Below, one piece after another: positions 26,625 to 38,956 of a DNA stretch of 64,000 nt. Position 1 is the first letter of the stretch. Each line of letters begins with the position of its first letter. The notes under the pieces are model-generated. The model searched no databases. It saw only the letters and a program-made list of their open reading frames with translations, and was not told the DNA's origin. The stretch is taken from positions 12,152,001 through 12,216,000 of the forward strand of contig JBHGNT010000012.1 in the NCBI GenBank assembly GCA_043228905.1. The letters are read 5' to 3'. This DNA comes from Azolla caroliniana. Lineage: Eukaryota > Plantae > Polypodiophyta. The position numbers were made by a program, and so were the translations under genes.

Positions 26625-28012
26625 AGTTCAAGTGTGTGAACCATTATTATGTCAAATGCCGAATCAATAAATCCATTTTGTTAGAGTATGTATTTAAGAA
26701 AAGTGAGGAATTCGGATGAGAATTTTGAATTCAAATTCCACACTATGTTGGAGAACTATATAAGAAAAGCATTGGAGGGTGGTAACTTACTCGCTCTCAA
26801 TTTTTGGGTATTTTGTTGCCTTTCATTGAGAATGTATCATCTAGGTTAGCCATTTAATTTAATATAACTTATCTTAGTTCTATTATAATCTGAGTTGAAA
26901 ATTCTTCATTATTCTTGAGTATACTAAGCTTGAATGTGCTTTGATGTTTTTTTTTAGTCTTACGTGTATGTGATTAAAATATGGATATAGATGCAAGTTG
27001 CCTGTTTGGGTAGGATTTTTAGTCTATTTTGTGCAAGGCAGTTGACAATCATAAAGTTCCCCAAACTTAGTAAATTATAGCTTGTTGGAAAGCTTGAGAA
27101 GTCTATTTTGAGTATACAACATTTCAGAGGTTCAGTCCTCTGTTACAGAGATGTATTGGAGTTTTAGTTGAGTGTAGTTGCTGTTTTTTCTGTTATGAAA
27201 AATGGTCCATCATAGTGTGACTTCCTTTTGGGGTATGAAAGGATCCAAACCTTGGATGCCATCATTGTATATTCCACAATTATACACATCAATTGTCTCT
27301 CAACTAAATTGGCAGTTAGCCCACCCACTCTCATTCTTACCATATATATGTCATAGTTATTCTTTGTGCATCCATCCTTCACCTCAAAAGCATATATATG
27401 CTTGATTTCACACCAAAGCCAATAGGTCTACTAATGATAGTGAACTCTATTATTTCGGGTATAAGAGATGGAGGTGCCAACAATGTATCATTATGGTTAA
27501 TTGATTATTAGCTTGACATCTGAATATGATGTTTAAGCTTAAGTCATAACCACTGTATGTCTATTCTTCTTCTTCTTCTTCTTCATACAAACTTGAAGGT
27601 TGTCCTTTTTTGTGGAATTTTCAGAAGATCTTGAAACACTCTTTCTTATATGCATGCATGCATACATGGGAGTACATTGCTGAATTTCTTGTGTTATGGC
27701 TTTGGGGAATTTGGAGAAAGACTTTTACATATTTCCTGTTTCCATCGATTCACCCTTTTTCCTCTTCTTTCCCCCCCACAAGCATGAAGCAAGAAGATTC
27801 GGACATGGGGTGCCTCCACTAATGACACAACACATAAATAATCTGGAACTTAGACCATGTAACAAGATTCAAACAGCCTGATATAATCAGGTTGTTGCTA
27901 GTAGGTTCAAAGCATGCATTGCCTGCCTGATCAGAATATATATTTCCATTTGTGAGGCTGTTCATTAATAGTCTACAATTGAAACAAACCTGAAAGAAAA
28001 ATGCATGATCTA

Positions 28013-30397
28013 TTAGCCACTTCCAGCATACACGTTTGCAAGTAGAACATATGAAGATGGTCTTAGGGGGGTGTGGCCTGCTGCTTCCTGTCCTCTTTTG
28101 GCATCTCCATAAGATTTGCATGCACTGATCAAGGATGTCCAGATTGGAGCATCAGGCTTAATCGGAAGCTTACTAATGAGAGCTTCTGCTTCTTCCAATC
28201 GTCCCGCTCTTCCGAGGAGATCAATCATACAACTATAGTGTTCCACTGTTGGATCCAGTTTGTAATAATTGATCATGGCATTAAAGAAAAAATGTGCCTC
28301 ATCCATCAATCCAGCGTGGTTACAAGCTGAGAGGAGGCTTACAAATGTGAAGTTATTGGCATTCACATCCTGCGACTGCATGCAGAGGAACAAATCCACT
28401 GCCTCCTTGCCATGGCCATGATGTGCATATGCAGATATGATGATAGTCCACGACACTACGTTCCGTTGCTCAAGTTTGCAAAAGGCAGTTTGTGCCGCAT
28501 CTAGAGCTCCACATTTGTGGTACATATTGATCAGAGCATTACCTAAGGACATGTCAGATGCAAAGCCAGCTGCCACAATGGCTTCATGAATGGCTCTTCC
28601 TTCCACTAAGTTCCCGAGTCCACTACATGCCCCCAATAGGCTGGTTAGAGTCACTTCATCCACTTGCACTCTTTGAAACTGCATTCGCTGATACACATCA
28701 AGAGCCTCTTTCAAATTCTCATGCTGTATACATGCCGTTATCATAGCTGTCCAAGACACAACACAATGATGATCCATTTTGTTAAACATAATCCGAGCGT
28801 CTTCAAGTGATTTACATTTCCCATACATATCAACAAGTGCAATTGCCGAACTAGTATCCGATTGCAACCCACCAGCCACAATATATGCATGGATAGATCG
28901 ACCATCCCCTAAGGACTTCTCATTTCTGCATGCCCCCAAAAGACTTAGAAATATGACTTCATTTGCTTTCATGATCCCCCTCTCCATTTTGTCTATTAAA
29001 GACAAAGCTTCCTTCACATGTCCACATTCAGAATATGCATTGATTATAGACGCCCATGCAATCACATCTCGGTGTTGCATCTTGTCAAATACCACTTGAG
29101 CGTCCCATAATGATCCACATTTCCCATAAAGATTAACAAGAGCCGTCCCTACAACAATATCATGTTCATACTGGTTATTGATCACATACATATGAATCAC
29201 CTTACCTTCTTCAAGGGCTTCCAGAGAGGTGCATGCTGCAAGCACACTGACAAGTGTTACTTGATCTGCATTGACCTTGAGCTCCAGCATTTTCTGAAAC
29301 AACGTATAAGCCTCCTTGTCATATCCAAGCTGTGTATAAACAATCATTAATGCATTCCAAGGGGCAGCATTATGTTCCAATGTCATGTTAAATACAGTTT
29401 CAGCTTCATTGATGGCATCACACCTACCATACATGCACACCAGAGCATCTGTTACGGACGCATCATGACTATAACTACTGTCAATGATGCAAGCATGAAT
29501 CCAAAAGCCGTTTGTGAGGTGGCTAGGATTTATACATGCTTTTAGAATGTTGATGAAAGTAACATGGGTGGCCTCAACCCCTATATGCTGCATTTCTTTG
29601 AACAACTCAATGGCCTCCTGGTTCTTTTTATGCTCAGTATGGGCTGAGATAATTGTCGTCCAAGTCGTTACGGTGCGTGCATGCATGTGTTCAAATATAT
29701 CAATGGCCTCATCTAGAGTTCCACATTTGGCATAGAGATTAAGTAGAGCATTCCCAACATTAATAAATGACTCATATCCGCTGGCTATTATCAATGTGTA
29801 GATTGCTTTACCATGTTTGAATGCAATGGGATTAACAATGCACACTCGTAGGATACTTGTAAAGGTCCTATCATTAGGCTCCACATGATGGAGTTGCATT
29901 GAATAAAAAATGTGAAGAGCTTCAAATAAGCGTCCACATTGAACATACGCAGAGATTACCGAATTCCACGAAACTAGAGTCCGGCATGGCATCGTGTCAA
30001 AGACCTTGCGGGCCTCATCCACTGCATTGTGATTTTTATACATACCAATAAGAAGGTTATCCACATAGGTGTCTTCATCAAGACCATGTGACAGGACCAT
30101 ACCGTGGAGAGAGTGAGCCTCAGTAAGGGTCATGGTGTCTGTGCAGTGCAGGAGAGCATCCGTGATATCACATCGCACATCCCTCATCGTCGTCGTCGTC
30201 GTCGTCGTCATCTTCCTGGAACATTTGACAATCTCCTCCTCACTCTGTTCTTTCAAGGCAACAGCAGAGTTGTGAGAACGTAGGCAGTAGTGCCTTGGAA
30301 CATGAACATCATCACTGACAGCATAGAAGCGGGGAGATTGATGAGGAGGAGGAAGAAGATGAAGAAGAGGTGTTGCTGATTCACAGCAACCCCACAT
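28013..30397 (-). CDS. PLS-class pentatricopeptide repeat protein with E1 and partial E2, no DYW; putative organellar RNA-editing specificity factor
   Basis: Intact intronless ORF with repeated P-L-S motifs (ALVxMYGKCGxLxxA, VSWxxxI) and HYSCMIDLLGRAG...WTSLISAC...YVLLANVY. First ATG at 30397; the track's 30445 start is non-ATG and spans a (GATA)n repeat. N-terminus resembles a transit peptide. Confidence 0.93.
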   Translation of the reverse strand: MWGCCESATPLLHLLPPPHQSPRFYAVSDDVHVPRHYCLRSHNSAVALKEQSEEEIVKCSRKMTTTTTTTMRDVRCDITDALLHCTDTMTLTEAHSLHGMVLSHGLDEDTYVDNLLIGMYKNHNAVDEARKVFDTMPCRTLVSWNSVISAYVQCGRLFEALHIFYSMQLHHVEPNDRTFTSILRVCIVNPIAFKHGKAIYTLIIASGYESFINVGNALLNLYAKCGTLDEAIDIFEHMHARTVTTWTTIISAHTEHKKNQEAIELFKEMQHIGVEATHVTFINILKACINPSHLTNGFWIHACIIDSSYSHDASVTDALVCMYGRCDAINEAETVFNMTLEHNAAPWNALMIVYTQLGYDKEAYTLFQKMLELKVNADQVTLVSVLAACTSLEALEEGKVIHMYVINNQYEHDIVVGTALVNLYGKCGSLWDAQVVFDKMQHRDVIAWASIINAYSECGHVKEALSLIDKMERGIMKANEVIFLSLLGACRNEKSLGDGRSIHAYIVAGGLQSDTSSAIALVDMYGKCKSLEDARIMFNKMDHHCVVSWTAMITACIQHENLKEALDVYQRMQFQRVQVDEVTLTSLLGACSGLGNLVEGRAIHEAIVAAGFASDMSLGNALINMYHKCGALDAAQTAFCKLEQRNVVSWTIIISAYAHHGHGKEAVDLFLCMQSQDVNANNFTFVSLLSACNHAGLMDEAHFFFNAMINYYKLDPTVEHYSCMIDLLGRAGRLEEAEALISKLPIKPDAPIWTSLISACKSYGDAKRGQEAAGHTPLRPSSYVLLANVYAGSG

Positions 30398-30965
30398 AGA
30401 TAGATAGATAGATAGATAGATAGAAACTGAAACTTCAGCAGACAACAGACAACATTTATCTGATTCTCGTTCCTGATTATTGATTACTACTGCTGCCGCA
30501 CCACGTACTACTACTTAAGCAAAGGGAGGGAGGAGGCAGGATGTAGCTGTGAGCGTGGTGGACAAAACACACAGCGGATAGAGAGGCAGGGAGGAGGAGG
30601 AGGAGGAGGAGGAGCAGAGCAGAGCATACATACATTCCTATTATTGTAAATTGTAAATTGTAATCATAGATAGATTCACACATGCCCCCCCCCCCCATTC
30701 GTCACTCGTGTGATATTCCCAATATTATGAGAATAGGAATAGGAAATGGCTCCAAGGTTATTATAAAACCATTCGTATTCAATTTATTTCTAATTCAAAT
30801 TAGGGGCATGAGGTTGTTTATAACAATCAATCCGATTTTCATAGGTGGCCATGGTTGATGCTTCACGATAGAAAGACTATCCATATAGTTCAACTTGGAG
30901 TAATAGCAAAATGTAACTACATTGCAAAAGACCATTTCTATCATGTATTGCCCAACTTTAAGGTG

Positions 30966-31396
30966 TGTAAAGAATCGAGAGTGATTCTATGCAACGAATT
31001 AGATTAGAGATGTGTGTTATGTATGTGTGAAAGAGGAGAGACACTAGATAGATAGGAAAATAGAATACTCAATATGTATGTCGACAGGGAGTAGAGAATA
31101 GCAAGTACAAGGATAATAGCATTACATGGATGATTAACCAACACTTACAAAGTAGGAGGAGGGTGCTTTATATAAGGTCACCCTCTCACTAAACCACTCA
31201 CTCACTCTCTAGCAACTATAGAAGCTCATGTGTCATGGGGAATGTGGAAACTCATTACTTATGTGTCATAAAATATGATTCTATGACACATAGTTAATGT
31301 TAGAAAGTAGCGGCGACCTTTGACCTATGAGTGTTCATACATTCTCAAGAAAGGTGTGTTCACAAACTAGACTTAAGTTGAGTTTGATTCTCAACA
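30966..31396 (-). mobile_element. Copia solo LTR related to family G, upstream of the PPR gene
   Basis: TGTAAAGAATC...GATTCTCAACA termini and internal similarity to G LTRs. TSD not clean (AGGTG/GTGTG). Confidence 0.85.
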
Positions 31397-31832
31397 GTGT
31401 GCAACAATTTCCTACGTGATTACAAGCAAATTTGAGAGGACAATAAAAGTCCATTACCTTATTTCTATAAGGTTTTAAATCAAAAATCATCTCTAACACC
31501 CCTTTCTCTCAAAGTACAAAAAGGAAACCTTTGGCCTATTCTTATTATTTAGGAACATAATGTTAATTGATGGAATGAAAGCTTTGGCAGCAAAATCAAC
31601 TCTTGTTTGAATGGATGACTTTGATTTTGGAATCATGGCATCCAAAGCCTTCTTTTCATATGTAGATAATGAACCAAGTTTATAAAGAGATAATGAAAAA
31701 TGTTAATACATACACCCCTAGGTATTGGTGAACTTGTCTCAGTTGAATTTCTGAACAAAAGATTGGATATAGAAGAAATAGATGAGATTCAAAGAGAGAC
31801 TTGTTGATTTCAAAGTGGCATGAATTTCAGCC

Positions 31833-32090
31833 TAAAAAGAGTTACGTGCAGAAGCTTGTACATAGCCGGCTCAACCAGACAATAATACACAGTTAAGTAT
31901 ACAAAGAGAATGAAGTACACAAACACATAGAGAGAGACTGAGTTAGCAGACAACAAAAATTTCTATTACAAAATGCTCAGTACATACAAATGTACTCACA
32001 GAGCACTTTATATACAAGCTCCTAACAATGGGTTGTCACAAGTACTAACTAGTTCATTAATGCTCACTTATGATCTTAACACTAAATAAC
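31833..32090 (-). repeat. Inverted fragment of a family H-like Copia LTR
   Basis: Reverse complement shares GTTGAGCCGG, AGCTTC.GCAC and TTAGTGT...TGAGCATT blocks with 32092-32482. Confidence 0.6.
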
Positions 32091-32091
32091 G

Positions 32092-33471
32092 TATTGAGAA
32101 GTAAGCTCTACATGGGGCGGATTGGATTGGCTAGCCGGATTGGTGGAGAGCTGGATCGGAGAGCGGAGCTGCAAGGAGCCAACAGGCCGTTAGAGGCTTA
32201 CGCTCCTAGTTTAGTAGGTAGTTATACTTTTGGGAGTTAGTGTCAGTAGCTCATTTATGAGCATTGAAGTACTTGTCGGCACTTTTGTCAGTCCTTTAAG
32301 GACTTGTATAAAAGTTCTCTCTGAGCACATTGTATGTATAGAGTGTATTATTTTGAATCTGAGTTTCTAGTCTTCTACTCTCGTTGTCTCTCCCGCATTT
32401 TATGTTTCTTCATTATTTTCTCTGTTGCTGTCCGGTTGAGCCGGTTTTGTTTTGTCTTAGCTTCCGCACTCAAATCTTTTCATGGTCTTAGAGTGCGGGG
32501 GTTGAGAATCCTTTGTTGCTGACAAGCGTTTCAACATAGACGAACCCTAATCCTTAGACAAGTACAGACAAGAGGAAGAAAATGGACAAAGGAATGGGTG
32601 GTGCTCTTCCAATAGAGAAGTTGGACAAAAGCAACTACGCATCTTGGGAATACAAGATGCACCAATACCTGCTCGGGCATGGCTACGGGAGTTACATCCA
32701 TGGAGAAAATGAGGTAGCGCCAGAGTCGACACACAAGGATTTCCTAGTGTGGGAGTAGGTGGCAGGTAGAGTCTTTGAGATGCAAAGACGTCGAAGGAGG
32801 CCTGGGAAAATCTTACGAAGATTTTCGTCGCGAGTACCACGGCCCATAAGTTGCAGCTTTGTCAAGAGCTCAACAATATCCAAGAGAGGGATATGACGAT
32901 GACTGACTACACCACAAAGATCAAGGAGATTTGTGATGCCTTAGGGTCCATCAATGTGATGGTGGACAAGGAAGACATGGTGCAGATTTGTCTTAGTGGT
33001 GTAGCTCAAAGGTACAGGCTGATCCAGACGAGTATTTGCACGAGGAAGAAACCACCATCATTTTTTGACTTGCAATCGATGCTTATGGTTGAAGAAAACC
33101 ACGCAGGTGTGTCAAGGAGCACACAATGTGACGGTTGGATGTTGTACATGGAGGCGGATAGGCCCTGTGGTCATGGAGAACGTGGTGGATCGACACGTAA
33201 TCGTGGCGGCCGACAAAAGCAGAATCAGAGGCATAATCGACATGCCGAAATAGTTCCGGACCCTCCACGACTAGGGGGAGTCAAGGCAGTGCCAGAAACT
33301 GGCAAGGGAATGCTGGTACTGCGCTTGGAAAGACCATAGAGAAAGTGAGTGCTGGAAAAAGAAGACCAATTCGGACAAATCCAGATCTAGCAGAGCTGAA
33401 CAAGGAAATCGGCATTGCTCGAACTACGTGGAAGACTTAGGGCAAACTAGGACGGGCCTAGCCTTCGTAAT
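32092..33471 (+). mobile_element. Truncated Copia family H copy 1 (LTR 32092-32482, degenerate iMet PBS, gag remnant)
   Basis: Gag ALPIEKLDKSNYASWEYKMHQYL and QELNNIQ...KIKEICDALGS, homologous to G gag. Confidence 0.88.
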
Positions 33472-34660
33472 TGTTGAGCGGACAAGCTCAACCGGATCCG
33501 GATCGGCTAAATAAGTAGGAACCAGATCGGTATCCGGAACCAAGATCCGGATCGGATTGGAACAGGTAGGCCATTAGAGGCCTACAACCTTAGCCTAGTA
33601 TGTAGGCATATTCCTTGGAGTTAGTGTCAGTCGTTCGTATGAGCGTTGAAGTACCTATCAGTACTTATGTTGGTCCTTTTTAAGGACTTGTATAAAAAGT
33701 TATTTGTAGGAAAATTGTGTGTATAGAGTGTTACTATTTTGAATTGAGTATATGCTATTCTACTCTCTCTGTCTCTCTCACGTATTGTGTACTTTAAAGC
33801 TTCCATTAAACCTTCATTTGTGTTTTACTGTTGTTATCCGACTGAGCCGGTTTATCTAAGCTTCCACATATTAACTTTTACATGGTATCATAGCGCAAGG
33901 GTTGAAATCCTCTGCAACCGAGAGAAAGCGCTAGATAGACAAAAACCTAACTTTTGGTAGAAGAAACAAACCGAAGAAAGAATGGACAGAAGCATGGTGA
34001 GCTCGCTTCCTATAGAAAAGCTTGACCGGAGCAACTATATGTCATGGTCGTATAAAATGCACCAGTACCTGTTGGGGTACGGATATTGGAGCTATGTGGA
34101 AGAAGCAAATACACCAAGATCAAGGAGATCTGTGTCACGCTCAGTTCCATCAATGTGACAGTGGACGAAGACGAGATGGTCCAGATCTGCCTTGGTGGTC
34201 TGTCACAATGGTATGGGCCAATCTGGACAACAATTTGCACCTGGGAGAAGCCATCGTCCTTCTTCGACTTGCAATTGATGGTAATGGTCAAAGAAAACCA
34301 CGTGAGTGGATCGAGGAACACTCAATCGGACCACCGGATGTTGTACACGGAGGCGGATCGGCCCTGTGAGCATGGAGGATGAGGTGGGTCGGCACGCAAT
34401 AGCGGCAACCGGCAAGAGCAGAAATCGGAGGCACAGAGGCAGTGCCGGCAGCAGTTCCGGACCCTCCCCGAGCAAGGGGAGTCAAAGCGGCACCGGAAAC
34501 CGGAAATCAAAGACCGAAACAGAATGCTGGTATTGTGGCAAGAAGGGCCAATGAGAGAGCGAGTGCTAGAAGAAGTGCGCTGATTTGGATAAATCCGGAT
34601 CCGGCAAAACCAGACAAGGGAATCGGCAAAGCTCGCACTATGTAGAAGGATCAGAAGGAA
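33472..34660 (+). mobile_element. Truncated Copia family H copy 2 (LTR 33472-33882, PBS 33883-33894, gag remnant with internal deletion)
   Basis: TGTTGAG...TTTTACA then TGGTATCATAGC. Gag fragments, knuckle CWYCGKKG. Confidence 0.88.
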
Positions 34661-34735
34661 TGTAATTCGAATCACATAAAATTAATATCGCAATTTACTC
34701 ATTTCGTTTGACATTTGTGACTTTGGTGGGTCTCA

Positions 34736-35890
34736 TCATCCTATTGACTCCACTCTCATATTGAGAATTGACACAAATCCACTTCTATTAAGCATATTGT
34801 ACTCACATTGATCGATTGTATGCACCCGAGAATGGCAGATGGGGCAGTGTGGGCGAAGAGGACAATCCACGACCGAGTGGCCGGATTGTGTGCATGTTGT
34901 GCATTGAAGGGCCTTCCAAAATTGGGTTTTTTCATGGGCTGGCAAGGCATGTTGGAGTGGGCCCCTTAAAAAAGAAGTGCTATGATGGGCTCTATTTATT
35001 GTGAGGATGTGAGCAACCACTTGCTCGATGGTTTGTTGGGAAAAAATTGTCAAGGCGAGAGTTGTGTGGAGGCCGGCAAGGAACGTGTCTTTTAAATGAG
35101 TCGCGGACACATCTTGAGCAAGTTGCCGATAGAGATCCTAGAATTGGATCGTGAACTCAAAAACCGTCTCATGTGGTTCTTGTAATATAGCGTAGAACTA
35201 TTGGAGCAGTTCCCGCTTAGGTATTTCATGGTGAAAAAGTTCGAGGAATTGAGTGCAAATGTTCTGAAACATCGCAAATTCCCCAAGATCGCCGTGGGAA
35301 TACCACTGGGCCGCGGGTCCATCGAGGGACAGTGTGAATTCGGCGATTTTGGAGGCATCGACCTCCATAGCGGTGAGACGCTGCATCGAATGGTTGGCTT
35401 GCCAAGTAGACACAAAAGAGCCGATATGGGACTTCGTGTTAGCGTCATCCGTATAACGGGGATATGGGTAGGACATGGTGTTGAAGTATGAGTTTTTTGG
35501 TAACGCAGGAAATGGGTTGCGCTCGGTTTGGGTAACCTTGGGAGGGCTTGGAGGCGCAACTAGGCCAAGGCCCACGTTCGACTGGGTGTTTGGTGCGGGT
35601 AGCAGAGAGGGCGGTGACTCTACTGGCTCCAGCAATGATTGCTGCGTGAGCGCTGAGTCGGAAGGTTCCTCGGCATGCTCGGCACGACTGGATGGTAGCC
35701 GAGAACGCTTGATGCGGGGGGGCGTCGTAGTGGTGACGGGTGGTGTTCCTCCTATGTTGTTCCCTGTGCTTCATAGCGTGAACCGGGCGTGCCAAATTGT
35801 GTCGTCTCCTTCCTCGGGGAGAACACCTTTGATTACTCCTATGGTAATCGGATCAAGGAATCGTGGTTACGTAGGGATGGGAAACTAGGG
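34736..35890 (-). pseudogene. gag: Retrotransposon gag remnant with two CCHC zinc knuckles (probably Gypsy)
   Basis: FTLSLDGPAAQWY capsid motif; CTTCTQSGHSVVDC and CPICHSRVHTIDQC. Confidence 0.78.
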
Positions 35891-36399
35891 GTGTCACAAG
35901 CTGATCGAATACGGAAACTGCCGGCCACAATCTGGCCCACGACTTGCACTTAACACAGGGACAGAAATCCGATAGTACAGATTAATAGTTGATTGACATG
36001 AATATATTAGTCCCACAACATATATATTATAAGATTATGATAAAATGATTACACGGCCCACGATCAAGATTTCTATTCACTCTCTCGTATAGAAAGTAGA
36101 TATACAATGTGTTCTCTCAAACAGGGGATCACCCTTCTTCCTTAACTTGTCCCGCGCACTTTCCTGATCCTTTGGCTCGTCTTTTATAGCTTCTCGTTTT
36201 CTTGGGCGCGCTTCAATTACTTCTCTCGTTTTCAGCCTCCAATCTCGGCCGCAGATATTTCGTTTACCTTCTTCATTCTTGGCCGGTTCTTTTCCTCTTA
36301 TCTTACCTACTTGTTAGATTTGTTTCACACTTACTGCCTCTTTGTTCCACAGATAACAAAGACTTCTTTTCCTGTCCATACCCTCTGTAGGACATCACC

Positions 36400-37130
36400 T
36401 TTCAATGGCACTGAGGGAGACCTGTTGGTCAGAAAAATAGCTATATACATCGCCTTAGCCCAATATGTTTTTGACAGCTTAGCTTGCGACAACATGCTCC
36501 ATACTCACTCCATTATTGTTATTCATCCTCTCTAGAAGCTTGTTCAACTCAGGGGGCTTCGACACTATGTATTCGATTCAAATACCTTGGTCCTTGCAAT
36601 ATTCTTCGGTCTGCCCTTTATATTCGCCACTGTTGTCGATTCAGACAACCTTCAACTTCTGATTGGACTCTCCTTTAGCTCTTGCCTAGAACTCCGTGAA
36701 GAACAACAATACTTGGTCCTTTGACTTTAGTATGAAAGCCCACAACCTCCGACTATAGTCGTCGATGAATGTCACAAAGTACTGTCCACCAGGATGCGAT
36801 GGAGCATCTACATAGCACACATCCATGTGTATGAGTTCCAGTAGCACTTATCTTCTTCTCGGTGGTCTTGAGTTGAATGCAACTTTGTTCTACTTTCCGA
36901 CCAAGCAGTCAATACACTTCTCCAAGTGCACTCCTTTCACTTCTGGGAGAAGTTCCTGGTTAGCCAGGATGTACATTCCTTTTTCACTCATGTGGCTACC
37001 CGCTTATGCCATAACTCTCCACTTGAGTCGGTTGCAACATTCACTTCCGACTTGCACAGTCGGGCATGCATGATATACAATGTGCCTTCTTTCTGTGTTC
37101 AGGCCACTATGAGGTTTCCACGACATTACT
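36400..37130 (-). pseudogene. Copia integrase remnant (Tnt1/Tork-like)
   Basis: Minus-strand translation gives LWHKRV..HMSEKG, CIDCLVGK, LELIHMDVC and YFVTFIDDYSRRLW. Confidence 0.8.
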
Positions 37131-37581
37131 TTTGTTAGCAGCTAGGGTAAACACGGCCTACCCTCGGTCCTTCGGGGTATGGCTCATGAAGATTATGGTG
37201 CAAGGAATGGAGAGCGTATAAAGGCTATACATAAACAGTTGCGAGCTTAATGCGTAGCGTGGCCTAAGCGTAGCGGGGAAGCGAATTAGGAAGACGCTAT
37301 CATGATATGGCAAGACTCGAACCCATGACCTTAGGTTATATGGGTCGAGCTCTTGATCATTAGACCATCTATTGTAATACGTAGGATATTATTTTCATTT
37401 ACATTTTATTATAGGAAATTAGTGTATATTCCAGATTTCTCTGGAACATTCTAGAAGCTTCAGGATTACTCTTGAAAACACTATAAAAGAGGGCACTAGG
37501 CATTATGTTGAACCAAATTGGTTCAACGCCTTTTAGCCACCGTTGTATATTCTCTTCATATAATAAATATCTTTCTTATCA

Positions 37582-37620
<39 letters not shown>

Positions 37621-37732
37621 CTCTCTGTCTCGCTCACTTCTTCCTTCTCTCGAAGAAGTTCCACACCTCTCATAGTACTAATCCTTCGTTTAGTACTAAT
37701 TCCTTCTCTGTCTCAGTACTGTTCATGACAGT

Positions 37733-37744
37733 TTGAACCAATTT
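37733..37744 (+). promoter_or_regulatory. Self-priming PBS (TTGAACCAATTT), complementary to LTR 37515-37526
   Basis: No TGG tRNA-type PBS. 12-nt complement of AAATTGGTTCAA, which lies about 33 nt after TATAAAA (37482-37488). Confidence 0.8.
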
Positions 37745-37804
37745 TTCCTACCTTCTGTCTCTCTCATTTCCTACTAATCTTTTATTCCTCTTTTCTTTCA
37801 TCCC

Positions 37805-38956
37805 ATGGCCACTGTTAGCGCTGAAGAATATCAATCTGTTTTCTCGGAATTCCAATGCTTGAAGGAGAAGTTCCATGCTTTGGAACAAGAAAACCAACGG
37901 TTGCTAGGGGATCTTCAGCAAATCTCCTTAGAAAAGCAGCAAACGCAACAACAACATGGGGAACTTGCGTTACGCGTGCAACAACTCGAAGCCACCATCG
38001 TAGCGATGCAACAACATGGGCCCGGAACACAAGGGATTCATAAAGAACCTAAGATTGGCCTTCCCACGAAGTTCGATGGAACGCGAACGCAGTTTAGAGG
38101 GTTCCTTAACCAGGTACGATTAGTTATTCAAATGCATCCTTCCCGATATCCCACCCATGCATCACGAGTGGGTTTAGTAGGCACTTTGTTAAGTGGCTCA
38201 GCGTTGTCATGGTTCGCTCCACTATTAGAAAAGGAATCTCCGTTACTCAACAATTTTGAAGAGTTTCTAGGTGAGTTTAAAGCATGTTTCGGAGATACTG
38301 ACAGCATCAGGACCGCAATCAACAAAATCCGGCGATTACGCCAAGGTGACCGTCCAGCCTCCGCATACGCTGCAGATTTTCGCCTACTCGCCGCCGATAT
38401 CCCTTGGGATGATCAAGCGTTGATGGAGCAATTCCGTTATGGTTTACGCAACGACGTCAAGGATTTACTCTTGACCTTCCCCGAAGAGCCAAAGTCCTTA
38501 ACAGAAGCAATCAGTCGCGCGGTGAGATGTGACAACCGCCTCTTTGAGCGACGTTCGGAACGACAGCTACAGATGCCGAGGGCAAGATCAGAGCCCACCT
38601 ACGCCTCAGTGGTAGCAAGACCTTTTCCGAGGGAGTCATATAATGCGTCTCCAGCGAATACTCCGACTCCGATGGAGATTGACACTACACGTCGTCGAGG
38701 GCCATTATCCGAAGAAGAAAAGCAGCGACGCCGTACAAATCGACTATGTCTTTACTGCGGTGGACCAGGACATATCGCAATAAATTGCCCCCATAGGCCA
38801 AGAAGACAGGTAAACCAAATAGTCGCTAGTTCTAATTGTACTAAATCCGAACCTATTTCAGTAGGGATATCTGATAGTCCTAATAGTACTAATATCCCAG
38901 ATCTAGCAAACAAATTTGATGTCCTTAGTCAGTTAGAAGAAGAGTTAAACGACTAA
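37805..38956 (+). CDS. gag: Family B Gag (coiled coil, Ty3/PEG10-like capsid, CCHC knuckle)
   Basis: 383-aa ORF; PTKFDG, LRQG...AYAADF, PMEID, CLYCGGPGHIAINC. Confidence 0.96.
   Translation: MATVSAEEYQSVFSEFQCLKEKFHALEQENQRLLGDLQQISLEKQQTQQQHGELALRVQQLEATIVAMQQHGPGTQGIHKEPKIGLPTKFDGTRTQFRGFLNQVRLVIQMHPSRYPTHASRVGLVGTLLSGSALSWFAPLLEKESPLLNNFEEFLGEFKACFGDTDSIRTAINKIRRLRQGDRPASAYAADFRLLAADIPWDDQALMEQFRYGLRNDVKDLLLTFPEEPKSLTEAISRAVRCDNRLFERRSERQLQMPRARSEPTYASVVARPFPRESYNASPANTPTPMEIDTTRRRGPLSEEEKQRRRTNRLCLYCGGPGHIAINCPHRPRRQVNQIVASSNCTKSEPISVGISDSPNSTNIPDLANKFDVLSQLEEELND

Noticed and set aside
27819-28121. Frameshifted DYW domain
   Set aside because: No PG box, HxE or CxxC motif.
30398-30445. 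N-terminal extension of the PPR ORF
   Set aside because: Non-ATG start; translates a (GATA)n repeat.
30477-30698. Small secreted peptide (poly-Leu signal-like ORF)
   Set aside because: The Leu run comes from a (GGA)n microsatellite in the probable 5' UTR/promoter, and the ORF has a non-ATG start.
35890-36400. LTR and PBS for the two-knuckle gag remnant
   Set aside because: A TATA-like site and a TGTCC end are visible on the minus strand, but the second terminus and PBS could not be fixed.
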